A stretch of 41,103 nucleotides of DNA from Minisyncoccia bacterium. Lineage in GTDB: Bacteria > Patescibacteriota > Minisyncoccia > Phycocordibacterales > Phycocordibacteraceae. The notes beneath the pieces are model-generated. The model did not search any database, was not told the DNA's origin, and was given only the letters and a program-made list of their open reading frames with translations. The position numbers and the translations under genes were made by a program. The DNA is taken from contig JBCLFD010000003.1 of assembly GCA_038912545.1 (NCBI GenBank), positions 1 to 41,103 of the forward strand. Direction: 5' to 3'. Below, one piece after another: positions 8,358 through 17,602 of this stretch (position 1 is the stretch's first letter; each line of letters begins with the position of its first letter).

Positions 8358-11300
8358 ATGCAGTTTAATCGTACAAGTTCAGAGCTGAGTTTATTTTCAA
8401 AATCAGGATTTAATAATCCGGATTTTGATTTTCTTGATTTCTGGCAGTCGGAAATAAAACATGAACAGGCTTTTGTAAATGATAATGATTTAAATTTTAT
8501 ACTTGATATATATAAAAAAACTCTATGTCGTGGATTACGCACATTCCCATCTAATTACATAGAGGAACTTATTATTAAATTATATGGTGGACAATTTAAT
8601 ATAGAACGGGATCAAAATGAAAAAAATATTTATTACAAATCTAACGAGAAACTTCGTGAAATATATAACAATTTTTCTAATTTCTCCGATCCCTGGAAAG
8701 CTGGTGTAATTGATCTAAAGTTTGATCCAGAACACCCAGAAAATGAACAGCGTTTATTTGAAAAATTAATTAAGCGTTTTGGGCCACTAATTGCTTCGTA
8801 TACACACCTACAAGCACCAATTGATGTTATTTTACCTAATGGCAATGACTTTATTGCCCAGCATGTGGATTTTCTTTTAATGTTTCCAAATGGAAAGGGA
8901 TTGGTGATAGAACCTGGTAATTATAGCGAAGGTGGTGATCACGCTGAACCAGTGCAACAACAAAGGGACAGAAGTCGAGATGAAGCATTTAGGGAATTAC
9001 GGATTCAAACCCTGCGCCCAGACAATAAAGACATCGATAAGAAAGAGCTTTATGAGGAAATTGCAAAAGAACTATCAATCATCGGAGCGGATAGTTTTCT
9101 TAAATCTCCTAAAATTATAAAGAATAAGTTTAATATTAATGATTATCTTTTTCTTCTCCCATCTCTAATATCACGAATAGAATACATTTTCTCTTTCTAC
9201 TTTTTACGAAGAGGAATGCTAAAAAAGGACTCACTGCGAATTGCTATTATTGAATCTGACCTTGCTGTTGCCGAGTTAGCACTCTTAAGTTTTTTGGATC
9301 GTGTTAGTCGTTTTGCACAGTTATATGGGATTCAAATACTCTGGCCCAACATTGAATTATTTATAGTAAGGATGGATGTTCATTCTCGAGAAGTTAACGA
9401 TTTGATTCAAATTGAATTGGATAAGTTAAATCAGAGAGGAGTTTCTGTCAAAACGTCCTTTCTTGATTTAAATGAAGTTGAGAAAGAGTTTTTTGATTTA
9501 GTCTTAGATGTTTCTGTTAAAACAAATTCATTAAATACTCCAATTACATCGGTTTGTGAAAATTTTGCTTATATACGCAATTCCTTTAAACACAACACGG
9601 AAGTAAGTTTTTCGTATTATTCAATGCCGAAAGCTATCATTGAAACAGATGATAATGAACCAATTCTAGTTGAATTTCTCCGTGATTATTTTCGAAAACA
9701 AGAATTTCGAAAAGGCCAATATCCGGTTATTAAACATATTTTATCTCAAAAAAATACCATTGGTTTATTACCAACAAGTGGAGGAAAATCAATTTGTTAT
9801 CAACTTGCCTCATTGATTACACCAGGAACAACCTTGGTTATTGATCCGATTGTATCATTAATGCAGGATCAGGTTGAGAGTATGAAAGAAATATATCGAA
9901 TTACTCGTGTATTTGCATGGTATGCGGGACAAGTAGGAGATGAGGCTAGGGCTGCAGAAATATTAGTGGGTAATGTAATGGTATTTATTTCCCCTGAACG
10001 TTTTCTTATTCCTATGTTTAGAAACGCTATGAGGGATTTAGCCACGGCCAATATTTATATTAACTATGCGGTTGCAGATGAAGCACACATGGTTTCAATG
10101 TGGGGACATGATTTTCGTCCATGTTATCTAAGTCTAGAACGACATATTAGAGAATATACGACATTTCGAAATCATAGACCAGTTATTGTGGCTCTTACCG
10201 GTACAGCTTCTACTTTAGTACTGATCGATCTAAGACGTGAGTTAGGGATAGAAGAATTAGAAGCAGTTATTAGATTACCGGGCTCTGATAGACCGGAATT
10301 AAACTACCGTGTTTTTCATTGCCCCTTTAATCAGAAATGGCAAACTCTAAGAAATATTGTATCTCCATGGATTAAACAAATTCTAGCCACTCCAAACCTT
10401 ATTGAAAATGCATGGGGGATGATATTTACAGCATACAAGAATGGACCAACTGGTGTTTATGGGGTATTTAGTAATTTTGTTCAAGAGGCAAATCTGTATA
10501 TCCAAAACAGGATAGATGAAAATAGTTACGAGGGGTTGGTCTATGGTATGAATTGTGGTAAACCAAATAACCTCGCACATATAAATGATACTCAGTGGAC
10601 AATATATAAGAGTAATGTGATTCGTGCATTCAAGAAAGGAATCATGCGATTACTGGTTGGCAACAACGCTGTTGGTGTTGGTTTGGATAATGAACACTTA
10701 AACTGGGTAGTTAATTATCAGATGCCATCCTCTTTAGAAGAATATGTTCAACAATGTGGTAGAGCGGGTAGAAATGGACAGATATCTGCCTGTGCCCTTA
10801 TTTTTTCTGATAATTACCCTATTCAAACACAAAGATGGTTTAGGGATGAAATTTCCACCAATCAAACTGCTCGGCCTCACCGCTGGGATGATATAGGCGT
10901 TGTAGCTGGTTTCCATGACACAAATTTCCCAGGCGAGTCGATTGAAGTATTTGGGGCACGTATTCTTTTTAGAGAAATGTTTAGAGTTCAAGCAAATGGA
11001 GAAGCTATAATTACAGAGGTATCAATGGTAGATTTTACTACTTATTTAATGCAACAGCTACACAAAGAACGCATAGAAGTTATAAAAATAACTCGTGATT
11101 CAATCGAAAAATTCATTTCATATTGGTTGATGTTGGGAATAATAAAGGATTATACAAAAACTGGAATGGAAGCGGGTTCCGTATATAAAATATTCTTATC
11201 AAAGGCTACAAATGAGTTTCTTGAAACTCATGATGAAGAAGTTTTGCATGACGCGATTATAGATTCGTTGTGTGAATATCTTGGTAGATATAAACCAGTA

Positions 11301-12044
11301 ATAAAAGAAGATGTTGAGTTGAAAGTTAATAGTATAGAAGGGAAAAGACTTAGTGAAAAAGCAATAAGTTATCTAATTTCATTTTTGTATAATGAAATCG
11401 AAAGACAGAGAAAAGTAGCGATAAGAACAATGTGGGAATATTGTAGTAATCCTGATACTGATTCGGATACACTCAGAGGTATTTTGGTGTCATATTTTGA
11501 TCGTTCCGTTAAATTTTCTGATCTGCTTGATTCTATGATAGGAACAGTTCCTATCTTTAGTAAAGTGGAAGAAATATTATCAAAAATTGAAAGTTATGAG
11601 GATGCAGATCGTTTATATTGGGAAACAAGCCGTTTACTTGCAACCAATGTTTTTCGTGCAGATTTTGCAACAATTAACCTATTCGCGAAGCTTTTTCGAG
11701 AAAGATTAGCGGCAGATGTTGGACCAATAAATTTGAGGTTTAAGGAGATTATCGATTCACTCCACCAAGATCCACAGACAACTGGAAATAAGACCAAGAT
11801 TTTTATTCATGGTTTGTTGTCTAGTTTTGTTCGTTTGGATTCTAATGAAAATAGAAGCACAGAAATAATAGGACGATTTTATGAAATCTTGTATGATAAC
11901 TATGGGCTTGATTATCTACCTGAGGTAGATGACATACCTGTCGAGGATTCAGTCAAGGAAATTTTAAAATTACGTATTTTATCAAAACAATTAGAAAAAT
12001 TATTAAACAAAAAAGTATATGAACGAATTATTAGAAAAATGTAA
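8358..12044 (+). CDS. Large multidomain protein: Vsr/DUF559-like nuclease motif (N-terminus), RecQ-type SF2 helicase core, unknown ~400-aa C-terminal region
   Basis: RecQ-type motifs occur in order at aa ~440-820:
- FRKGQ
- LLPTSGGKSICYQL (motif I)
- VADEAHMVSMWGHDFRPCY (motif II, with the RecQ-typical WGHDFR)
- LTGTAS (motif III)
- QQCGRAGRNG (motif VI)

At aa ~165-215, HVDFLLMFPNGKGLVIEPGNYSEGGDH..RDRSRDEAFRELRIQTLR resembles a Vsr/DUF559 PD-(D/E)xK core. The gene is strongly AT-rich. Confidence 0.8.
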   Translation: MQFNRTSSELSLFSKSGFNNPDFDFLDFWQSEIKHEQAFVNDNDLNFILDIYKKTLCRGLRTFPSNYIEELIIKLYGGQFNIERDQNEKNIYYKSNEKLREIYNNFSNFSDPWKAGVIDLKFDPEHPENEQRLFEKLIKRFGPLIASYTHLQAPIDVILPNGNDFIAQHVDFLLMFPNGKGLVIEPGNYSEGGDHAEPVQQQRDRSRDEAFRELRIQTLRPDNKDIDKKELYEEIAKELSIIGADSFLKSPKIIKNKFNINDYLFLLPSLISRIEYIFSFYFLRRGMLKKDSLRIAIIESDLAVAELALLSFLDRVSRFAQLYGIQILWPNIELFIVRMDVHSREVNDLIQIELDKLNQRGVSVKTSFLDLNEVEKEFFDLVLDVSVKTNSLNTPITSVCENFAYIRNSFKHNTEVSFSYYSMPKAIIETDDNEPILVEFLRDYFRKQEFRKGQYPVIKHILSQKNTIGLLPTSGGKSICYQLASLITPGTTLVIDPIVSLMQDQVESMKEIYRITRVFAWYAGQVGDEARAAEILVGNVMVFISPERFLIPMFRNAMRDLATANIYINYAVADEAHMVSMWGHDFRPCYLSLERHIREYTTFRNHRPVIVALTGTASTLVLIDLRRELGIEELEAVIRLPGSDRPELNYRVFHCPFNQKWQTLRNIVSPWIKQILATPNLIENAWGMIFTAYKNGPTGVYGVFSNFVQEANLYIQNRIDENSYEGLVYGMNCGKPNNLAHINDTQWTIYKSNVIRAFKKGIMRLLVGNNAVGVGLDNEHLNWVVNYQMPSSLEEYVQQCGRAGRNGQISACALIFSDNYPIQTQRWFRDEISTNQTARPHRWDDIGVVAGFHDTNFPGESIEVFGARILFREMFRVQANGEAIITEVSMVDFTTYLMQQLHKERIEVIKITRDSIEKFISYWLMLGIIKDYTKTGMEAGSVYKIFLSKATNEFLETHDEEVLHDAIIDSLCEYLGRYKPVIKEDVELKVNSIEGKRLSEKAISYLISFLYNEIERQRKVAIRTMWEYCSNPDTDSDTLRGILVSYFDRSVKFSDLLDSMIGTVPIFSKVEEILSKIESYEDADRLYWETSRLLATNVFRADFATINLFAKLFRERLAADVGPINLRFKEIIDSLHQDPQTTGNKTKIFIHGLLSSFVRLDSNENRSTEIIGRFYEILYDNYGLDYLPEVDDIPVEDSVKEILKLRILSKQLEKLLNKKVYERIIRKM

Positions 12045-12291
12045 TGAACAGGCGGACGAGCTAGTTAAAGAGATTGAGAAGTTTAAATTAGCGTCAGTTG
12101 TGAATAGGGCTACAGCTGAGAGTCTTGAGGGAGTCGCTACTGCAATAAAAAAAACCTTAGGAATGATTCGCCCTTTAGCTGATAGTGGTTTTTTGAAATT
12201 ACAATATATTTCTATTGGGTTGGGTGTACTTAATCTAGCAGTACTTGGTGGCGTTATCTATTGGATATGGAAGATTTCACTAGTAAACTAA
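12019..12291 (+). CDS. Small coiled-coil protein with a C-terminal transmembrane helix, translationally coupled to the helicase
   Basis: The ATG lies 26 nt inside the helicase 3' end. The N-terminal half is charged and helical. The C-terminal helix is ISIGLGVLNLAVLGGVIYWIWKI. Confidence 0.5.
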   Translation: MNELLEKCNEQADELVKEIEKFKLASVVNRATAESLEGVATAIKKTLGMIRPLADSGFLKLQYISIGLGVLNLAVLGGVIYWIWKISLVN

Positions 12292-12313
12292 ATAAATGGT
12301 AAAAGCAGTAAAA

Positions 12314-12356
12314 GGGGACAGCCACCATTCTTTGTGGGAAAATGGTGGCTGTTCTC
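12314..12356. repeat. Hairpin copy D of the 16-nt family (short spacer)
   Basis: L 12314-12329 is 16/16. An 11-nt spacer precedes R 12341-12356, AATGGTGGCTGTtCtC (14/16). Confidence 0.85.
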
Positions 12357-12427
12357 TTTCTCTCTTCCTCTCAACGACAAGGTGAAGAAAAAAAACGACT
12401 TGGCAAAAAACTAGTATACTGGCGTCA

Positions 12428-12889
12428 ATGAACAATAGGCTTGATCTTACAAAGGAGTTCGACAGGCTTGTCCTGAAGGCGGGAAAGTTACTGCTATCAA
12501 AGAAAAGAATCACCGAGATCATATACAACGGAAAAAACACCGCGTCAGCCAAGATTGTAAACGAGCCTGAGTTGCGTAATGTGACAGCTGCCGGAGGGAA
12601 TGTTTACGCACTCTGGGTCAAGCACAAGGGGTCTTCCGTATGGAAACTTGTGTATATAGGACAGCGGAAATCCAGAGATATCCATACCCGACTAATAGAC
12701 CACCTATTTAAGAAAAGCAGAAAGACAGGTTCCAAGTTAAGAGAAATCAAAAAGGAGCTTAGAGAAGGGGGAAGAATAGGAGTAACCATTATTGAAATCT
12801 TCCCAGATGAAATGCGTATGGCAATCGAGGAGAGACTTATCGTCATGCAAAAAAGAAAGAAAAATCACCTCTGGAATGTGCAATCATAG
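12428..12889 (+). CDS. Stand-alone GIY-YIG nuclease-domain protein 1
   Basis: GNVYALW (GIY), 13 residues, then LVYIGQRKSRDIHTRLIDHL (YIG and Arg), with a later AIEERL Glu. TATACT lies 7 nt upstream of the ATG. Confidence 0.6.
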   Translation: MNNRLDLTKEFDRLVLKAGKLLLSKKRITEIIYNGKNTASAKIVNEPELRNVTAAGGNVYALWVKHKGSSVWKLVYIGQRKSRDIHTRLIDHLFKKSRKTGSKLREIKKELREGGRIGVTIIEIFPDEMRMAIEERLIVMQKRKKNHLWNVQS

Positions 12890-12934
12890 TTTCTTCTACC
12901 AACACCAGCGCGATGATGAAATGATCTCTTTCTT

Positions 12935-12969
12935 GGGGGCGGGGCGGGTTTTATAAAAAGGGTCCCATC
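12935..12969 (+). repeat. 35-nt G-box/AT-palindrome box, copy 2
   Basis: GGGGGCGGGGCGGGTTTTATAAAAAGGGTCCCATC is 33/35 identical to 8182-8216. Confidence 0.9.
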
Positions 12970-13052
12970 AGCCCAATGCAACTTCGTGTATTTTCTGCGA
13001 CAGCTCTGCCTGACGACCGAAGAAATCCTGATTACCATATGTTTTACAAAAG

Positions 13053-13068
13053 AATCGTGACTGTCCCC
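13053..13068. repeat. Degenerate R half-site (copy E)
   Basis: AATcGTGaCTGTCCCC is 14/16. It is followed by ATTGT, as in copy A. Confidence 0.6.
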
Positions 13069-13069
13069 A

Positions 13070-13594
13070 TTGTTTCCAAAAAATGACGATTTGTGCGATA
13101 TTCTCTTGATGGATCCGTCGAACCCGAAAGACGTACAAGTGCATCTTCAATCACTTTGGGAGAAGTTGTGTGAATCATCAAAAATGCTCGTTCCGATCAA
13201 AAATCAAAAGAACGGCAACGTATTTCCCGAAGGACCGGGAGTCTATTGCATTTGGGAAGGGACAAAACTTCGATATGTGGGTGAAACAAAGGATCTGTAC
13301 GAGCGTATGAATCACATCAAGCAAACTCGGCATCACACCGCACGCCGCACAGTTGGTAGGATATATTTTAATGCTGAACCCGGATATGAACCCGCATCAA
13401 GTAAGAAGGCGTTCCCTCCGCATATTGAGGAGAAACTGGACATTTACATATCTTTAAACCTGCGGATCTCTTTTATCGAAGTCCGCTTCGGTCGCAAAGA
13501 GTTGGAGGAATACGTCTGCAATCTGAAGTTACCAATATACAACGCCTCTAGCCATAATCCGCGAAGCGGTTTTTATAACTTGCGACCGACGTAG
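13070..13594 (+). CDS. Stand-alone GIY-YIG nuclease-domain protein 2 (start uncertain)
   Basis: GPGVYCIW, then LRYVGETKDLYERMNHI, with later RKELEEYV and IYNAS. The ORF-track start at 13070 is a TTG; ATG candidates lie at 13108 and further downstream. Confidence 0.6.
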   Translation: MFPKNDDLCDILLMDPSNPKDVQVHLQSLWEKLCESSKMLVPIKNQKNGNVFPEGPGVYCIWEGTKLRYVGETKDLYERMNHIKQTRHHTARRTVGRIYFNAEPGYEPASSKKAFPPHIEEKLDIYISLNLRISFIEVRFGRKELEEYVCNLKLPIYNASSHNPRSGFYNLRPT

Positions 13595-13857
13595 TCGAAT
13601 GGGGAAGCGCATGGCGACGTATACATGGAACAGAAGCGCAAAAGAAACTTCTTGACCAATCACCGTCATCACTGCCACATGATTATGTATCGTGGATAAA
13701 TACTCCCGACAAAGATGACGATATCGCGTCTATTCGTACTTCAGTAAACAAAGGTGTTCCTTATGGAAGAAAGCGGTGGGTGGACGAGATGATTACTACT
13801 CATAAACTAGAATCCACTTTGCGCAACCCAGGTCGTCCAAGAAAGGAAGATATTTAA
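13579..13857 (+). pseudogene. 3' remnant of a RAYT / IS200-like (COG1943, Y1 HUH) transposase gene
   Basis: The frame is open from 13579 with no start codon. It reads ..EWGSAWRRIHGTEAQKKLLDQSPSSLPHDYVSWINTPDKDDDIASIRTSVNKGVPYGRKRWVDEMITTHKLESTLRNPGRPRKEDI*. From memory this matches the C-terminal pattern of RAYT-type proteins: WSS..IR....G.P.G...W......LE.T.R..GRPRK. The catalytic N-terminal domain is absent. An R half-site follows immediately. Confidence 0.55.
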
Positions 13858-13886
13858 AAATAATGAAAATAATGGTGGCTGTCCCC
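13853..13886. repeat. Right half of the A/B hairpin (spacer part plus R), copy F
   Basis: TTTAAAAATAATGAAAAT plus AATGGTGGCTGTCCCC (R 13871-13886, 16/16). No adjacent L. Confidence 0.9.
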
Positions 13887-13978
13887 TTTATTCCTTTATT
13901 CTATTGGAATGGCTATGTATTTAGGTGAAAAATCTAAGAAGTTCGCTTAATTAAGCCTTTTTTGGTAAAATTATAAGC

Positions 13979-15046
13979 GTGAAAAAGAAAAAACCAACAG
14001 TAATTGATTTATTTAGTGGCTGTGGGGGGTTATCAAAAGGATTTATGAATGCAGGGTACGAGGTTCTTTTGGGAATTGACCACGACAAAGATTCTCTAAA
14101 AACTTTCCAAGCAAACCACGAAGGAAGTCAGGTTTTGAACTTAGACCTTTTTGTTATGTCTAATATTAAAAAAATAAAACAAGCACTGAAAGGTGTATCA
14201 CCCGATGTAATTGTTGGTGGCCCTCCTTGCCAGGGATTTTCCCTGACTGGTACCAGAAATTTTGATGACAAAAGAAATCAGTTGTATCTTTCCATGATTG
14301 AAGCAGTTAAAGAGTTAAAGCCAAAAGCTTTTTTGATAGAAAATGTACCAGGAGTTGCACGTTTATACGGAGGAAAAGTAAAAGACGAAATTATCTCAAG
14401 ACTTACTAAGTTAGGTTACACTGTGAGTATGCAAATACTGACAGCAGCCAATTTTGGTGTGCCACAAATCAGGAAACGTTTGGTTTTTGTTGGGACAAGA
14501 AATAGTGAATTCATATTTCCAGAGCCCATATTAAAACCAGAGAATTACATAACAACATTAGAAGCTATAGGCGATTTACCATCCAGAGAAAAAGAATTTG
14601 GTGAAGAATTAAGTTCTTATTCAAAAGAACCAAAAACTGACTATCAAAAAAGTATGCGTGGTAAACAAAAGAAACTTTATAATCATGTAGCCACGAACCA
14701 TACAGATTTAGTGAAATATATTATTTCACAAGTACCTGAAGGTGGTAATCACAAGGATTTACCTGAAGGTGTAGGTGGTAATAGAAAATTTAATGAAGCG
14801 TGGACACGTTACCATAGTAAAAAACCATCAAGAACTATTGATACTGGTCATCGTAATCATTTTCATTATAAATACAATAGAGTTCCTACTGTTAGAGAGA
14901 ACGCAAGACTTCAATCATTTCCTGATGATTTTATTTTTATGGGCACAAGAACATCACAAAACAGACAAGTGGGCAATGCGGTACCGCCTTTAATGGCATA
15001 TGCAATTGCAAAACAACTTAAGAAATATTTAGACAATGAAAACTAA
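13979..15046 (+). CDS. DNA (cytosine-5)-methyltransferase 1
   Basis: m5C MTase motifs: DLFSGCGG (I), GGPPCQGFS (IV), ENV (VI), QIRKR (VIII), TVRENARLQSFPDDF (IX), GNAVPP (X). GTG start, preceded by TGgTAAAAT and 7 nt. Confidence 0.92.
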   Translation: MKKKKPTVIDLFSGCGGLSKGFMNAGYEVLLGIDHDKDSLKTFQANHEGSQVLNLDLFVMSNIKKIKQALKGVSPDVIVGGPPCQGFSLTGTRNFDDKRNQLYLSMIEAVKELKPKAFLIENVPGVARLYGGKVKDEIISRLTKLGYTVSMQILTAANFGVPQIRKRLVFVGTRNSEFIFPEPILKPENYITTLEAIGDLPSREKEFGEELSSYSKEPKTDYQKSMRGKQKKLYNHVATNHTDLVKYIISQVPEGGNHKDLPEGVGGNRKFNEAWTRYHSKKPSRTIDTGHRNHFHYKYNRVPTVRENARLQSFPDDFIFMGTRTSQNRQVGNAVPPLMAYAIAKQLKKYLDNEN

Positions 15047-16250
15047 ATTAAAAACAATTGATTTATTTAGCGGTTGTGGAGGATTGACTGAAGGATTTGA
15101 GTCATCTGGATTATTTTCAACAATTGGTATTGTTGAATGGGATAAACCATCTTTAAATACACTAACAAATAGGTTAAAAAATAAATGGGGTTATAAAAAC
15201 GCGGATGACATTTCTCTTCATTTTGATATGCAACGCACAAATGAATTAATCAATGGATGGTCAGATTTAAAGTTCGGAAAAAACAAAGGACTTAAAAATT
15301 TGATTAGTAAAGAAGGTGGAAGCGTGGATGTTATTATAGGAGGTCCACCATGCCAGGCATATTCAATTGCAGGAAGAATTAGAGATAAAAATGGAATGAA
15401 AAATGACTACAGAAATTTTCTGTTTGAGACTTATTTAAAGGTTGTTAAACAATTCAAACCAAAACTATTCGTATTTGAAAATGTTATTGGCTTATTGAGT
15501 GCAAAGCCAGACGGTACTTCTATAGAAAGTTTAATAAGAGAATCCTTTAAAAAAAGTGGGTATACTATTATTGATGATTTAAAAAAGGCAGCTTTTGATG
15601 TTTCTGACTACGGAGTGCCCCAACAAAGGAAAAGGCTTGTAATAATAGGAATCAGTGGTTCCTATTTTAAAGGAGATAAACAGAAAATACTTTCGGACTT
15701 TTATCAGAATTTTATTCCTAAACACAAAACTTCTAAAATGACTGTTGGAGAGGCATTGTTTGATTTGCCAAAAACAAAAATTGTAAATCAAGGTAAAAAA
15801 TCCCATGAGGTTATTGGTTCCCATGTTATAAAAAACCATATACCACGATATCATTCAGAAAGAGATATCTCAATTTTTAAAGAGCTCGCCACAGACCTAA
15901 CTAGAAAGAAAAAAAAATATAAAAATACAGATGACTTAAAAAGTCTTTATACAAAAATGACTGGAAAGAAATCTGCTGTCCATAAATATCATGTTTTGGA
16001 TTCTACTAAACCTAGCAATACCATAGTGGCACATTTATATAAAGACGGTTTACGACATATACATCCAGACACAAATCAGGCTAGGTCTATAACCGTTAGA
16101 GAAGCCGCAAGACTTCAATCATTTCCTGATGATTTTGAGTTTCTGGGAAGCATGGGAGACCAGTATAAAATGATTGGTAATGCAGTTCCACCAAAATTTG
16201 CTAGAATAATAGCATTAGCAGTAAATGATTTTATAAATAAATACACTTAA
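15036..16250 (+). CDS. DNA (cytosine-5)-methyltransferase 2
   Basis: DLFSGCGG, GGPPCQAYS, FENV, PQQRKR, TVREAARLQSFPDDF, GNAVPP. Overlaps MTase 1 by 11 nt. Confidence 0.92.
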   Translation: MKTKLKTIDLFSGCGGLTEGFESSGLFSTIGIVEWDKPSLNTLTNRLKNKWGYKNADDISLHFDMQRTNELINGWSDLKFGKNKGLKNLISKEGGSVDVIIGGPPCQAYSIAGRIRDKNGMKNDYRNFLFETYLKVVKQFKPKLFVFENVIGLLSAKPDGTSIESLIRESFKKSGYTIIDDLKKAAFDVSDYGVPQQRKRLVIIGISGSYFKGDKQKILSDFYQNFIPKHKTSKMTVGEALFDLPKTKIVNQGKKSHEVIGSHVIKNHIPRYHSERDISIFKELATDLTRKKKKYKNTDDLKSLYTKMTGKKSAVHKYHVLDSTKPSNTIVAHLYKDGLRHIHPDTNQARSITVREAARLQSFPDDFEFLGSMGDQYKMIGNAVPPKFARIIALAVNDFINKYT

Positions 16251-16251
16251 G

Positions 16252-17220
16252 ATGCTATTTACCAAAGACCTAGAACAAATCGTTTTTAATCGGCATGAAC
16301 TTTTTGACTCAGATGAGTTAGTGGTTCTTTCTGGTTATCTAGGCCCGAGTCCAGTTTCAAAATTAGAAACATTGCCAGTCAAATCAAAAGTTATTTATGG
16401 CATGTATGGTTCCGAAGGAATTAAACCCACGCTTCATAAAGCATTGTTGCATATACAAGAAAACACACCGCCTTCTTTAAATATTTTCTATTCCAAAATA
16501 CCTGTTCATTCCAAATGTTATCTATGGAGGAATGATGGAATAATAGTGTACGCCTTGGTAGGTTCTGCTAATTTTTCTGTAAATGGACTAACAACCCCAC
16601 TTAGAGAAGTATTGATGGAAGTTCCATCTGACACATACGATATTTTAAATTCCTATGTTGAGTTTATTACTAATAATTCAATATCATGCCTTGAGGGAGT
16701 GACTTCTAGAGCAGTTATAAGGATTTTACCGACGGACAAATGTTTGTTGTCTTTATTGAAAAGGAATGGAAAAATTCATAATGTGGGAGGTCTGAATTGG
16801 GGCCAAAATGAAGAGAACCATACTAGACCTAATGATGCTTATCTACCTATTAGCGTAGACCAGATTAGAGCTTTTCCCAATATATTTCCTCCAAAACAAT
16901 TAGTACCAACAGAGGAAAGAACAGAAGGGCGGGTACAAAGACATAATGATGCAATAGATATTATTTGGGATGATGGAAAGGTTATGAGAGGCCTATTAGA
17001 AGGAACGGTTGAGGTTGATGGAGTTTTGTATCCAAAACAAATAAGTTCGTTTCCAGTAAAAAGTGATTTGGGGCTATACATGAGAAATAGAATAGGAGTA
17101 ACTGACGGGGCATTTGTGACAAAAGAAGACCTTGAAAGATATGGTAGATTAGATGTAGAAGTTAAGCTTTTAGAAGAAGGCATTTATTCATTTGATTTTT
17201 CAAGACCAATAAGGACCTAA
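16252..17220 (+). CDS. Type II restriction endonuclease, PLD (HKD) superfamily, NgoFVII-like
   Basis: HKD-type motif PVHSKCYLWRNDGIIVYALVGSANFS. The C-terminal pattern GLNWGQ..RPNDAYLPI..FPP..IIWDDGKVM..LGLYMRNRIGV..LERYGRLDVEV..YSFDFS resembles the NgoFVII C-terminal DNA-binding region, from memory. The gene starts 1 nt after the MTase 2 stop. Confidence 0.7.
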   Translation: MLFTKDLEQIVFNRHELFDSDELVVLSGYLGPSPVSKLETLPVKSKVIYGMYGSEGIKPTLHKALLHIQENTPPSLNIFYSKIPVHSKCYLWRNDGIIVYALVGSANFSVNGLTTPLREVLMEVPSDTYDILNSYVEFITNNSISCLEGVTSRAVIRILPTDKCLLSLLKRNGKIHNVGGLNWGQNEENHTRPNDAYLPISVDQIRAFPNIFPPKQLVPTEERTEGRVQRHNDAIDIIWDDGKVMRGLLEGTVEVDGVLYPKQISSFPVKSDLGLYMRNRIGVTDGAFVTKEDLERYGRLDVEVKLLEEGIYSFDFSRPIRT

Positions 17221-17372
17221 TAAATTTACTTGAAAATCTCTATTGATTTCGGCATAAATATGTTTCCTAATTTATTTAGGACTTGCTTTTTCTTTAAAAA
17301 AAGTGTAAAATGTTAATATATTTATAGGCGAGAGGGCGAGAACTCTCTTTCAATCTCGCACCCAATACATTT

Positions 17373-17396
17373 AAGCCCCAACAGGGGCTTTTTTTG
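17373..17396 (+). terminator. Rho-independent terminator of the R-M operon
   Basis: AAGCCCC-AACA-GGGGCTT followed by TTTTT. Confidence 0.7.
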
Positions 17397-17448
17397 TTGA
17401 GTTTGTAGATATATTTATTAGTAATGCATTGTATTTGTGTTTATTTAA

Positions 17449-17601
17449 ATGATTGGCTTATTAGAATTTAAAAAAGCCTTAGGAGGTCTTAATGAGGATT
17501 TATCCGAAGAGCAAATAATCAAACTAAGAGACCAAATGGACCAAGAAGCCGAGATATTTTTTAGTATGTGGTTAGATAGCATTAAGGAAGAAAAGAAATA
17601 A
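17449..17601 (+). CDS. Possible 50-aa acidic helical protein (below ORF-track cut-off)
   Basis: ATG at 17449 reads MIGLLEFKKALGGLNEDLSEEQIIKLRDQMDQEAEIFFSMWLDSIKEEKK*. The stop lies 1 nt before the L half-site. I do not recognise a family. Confidence 0.3.
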   Translation: MIGLLEFKKALGGLNEDLSEEQIIKLRDQMDQEAEIFFSMWLDSIKEEKK

Positions 17602-17602
17602 C

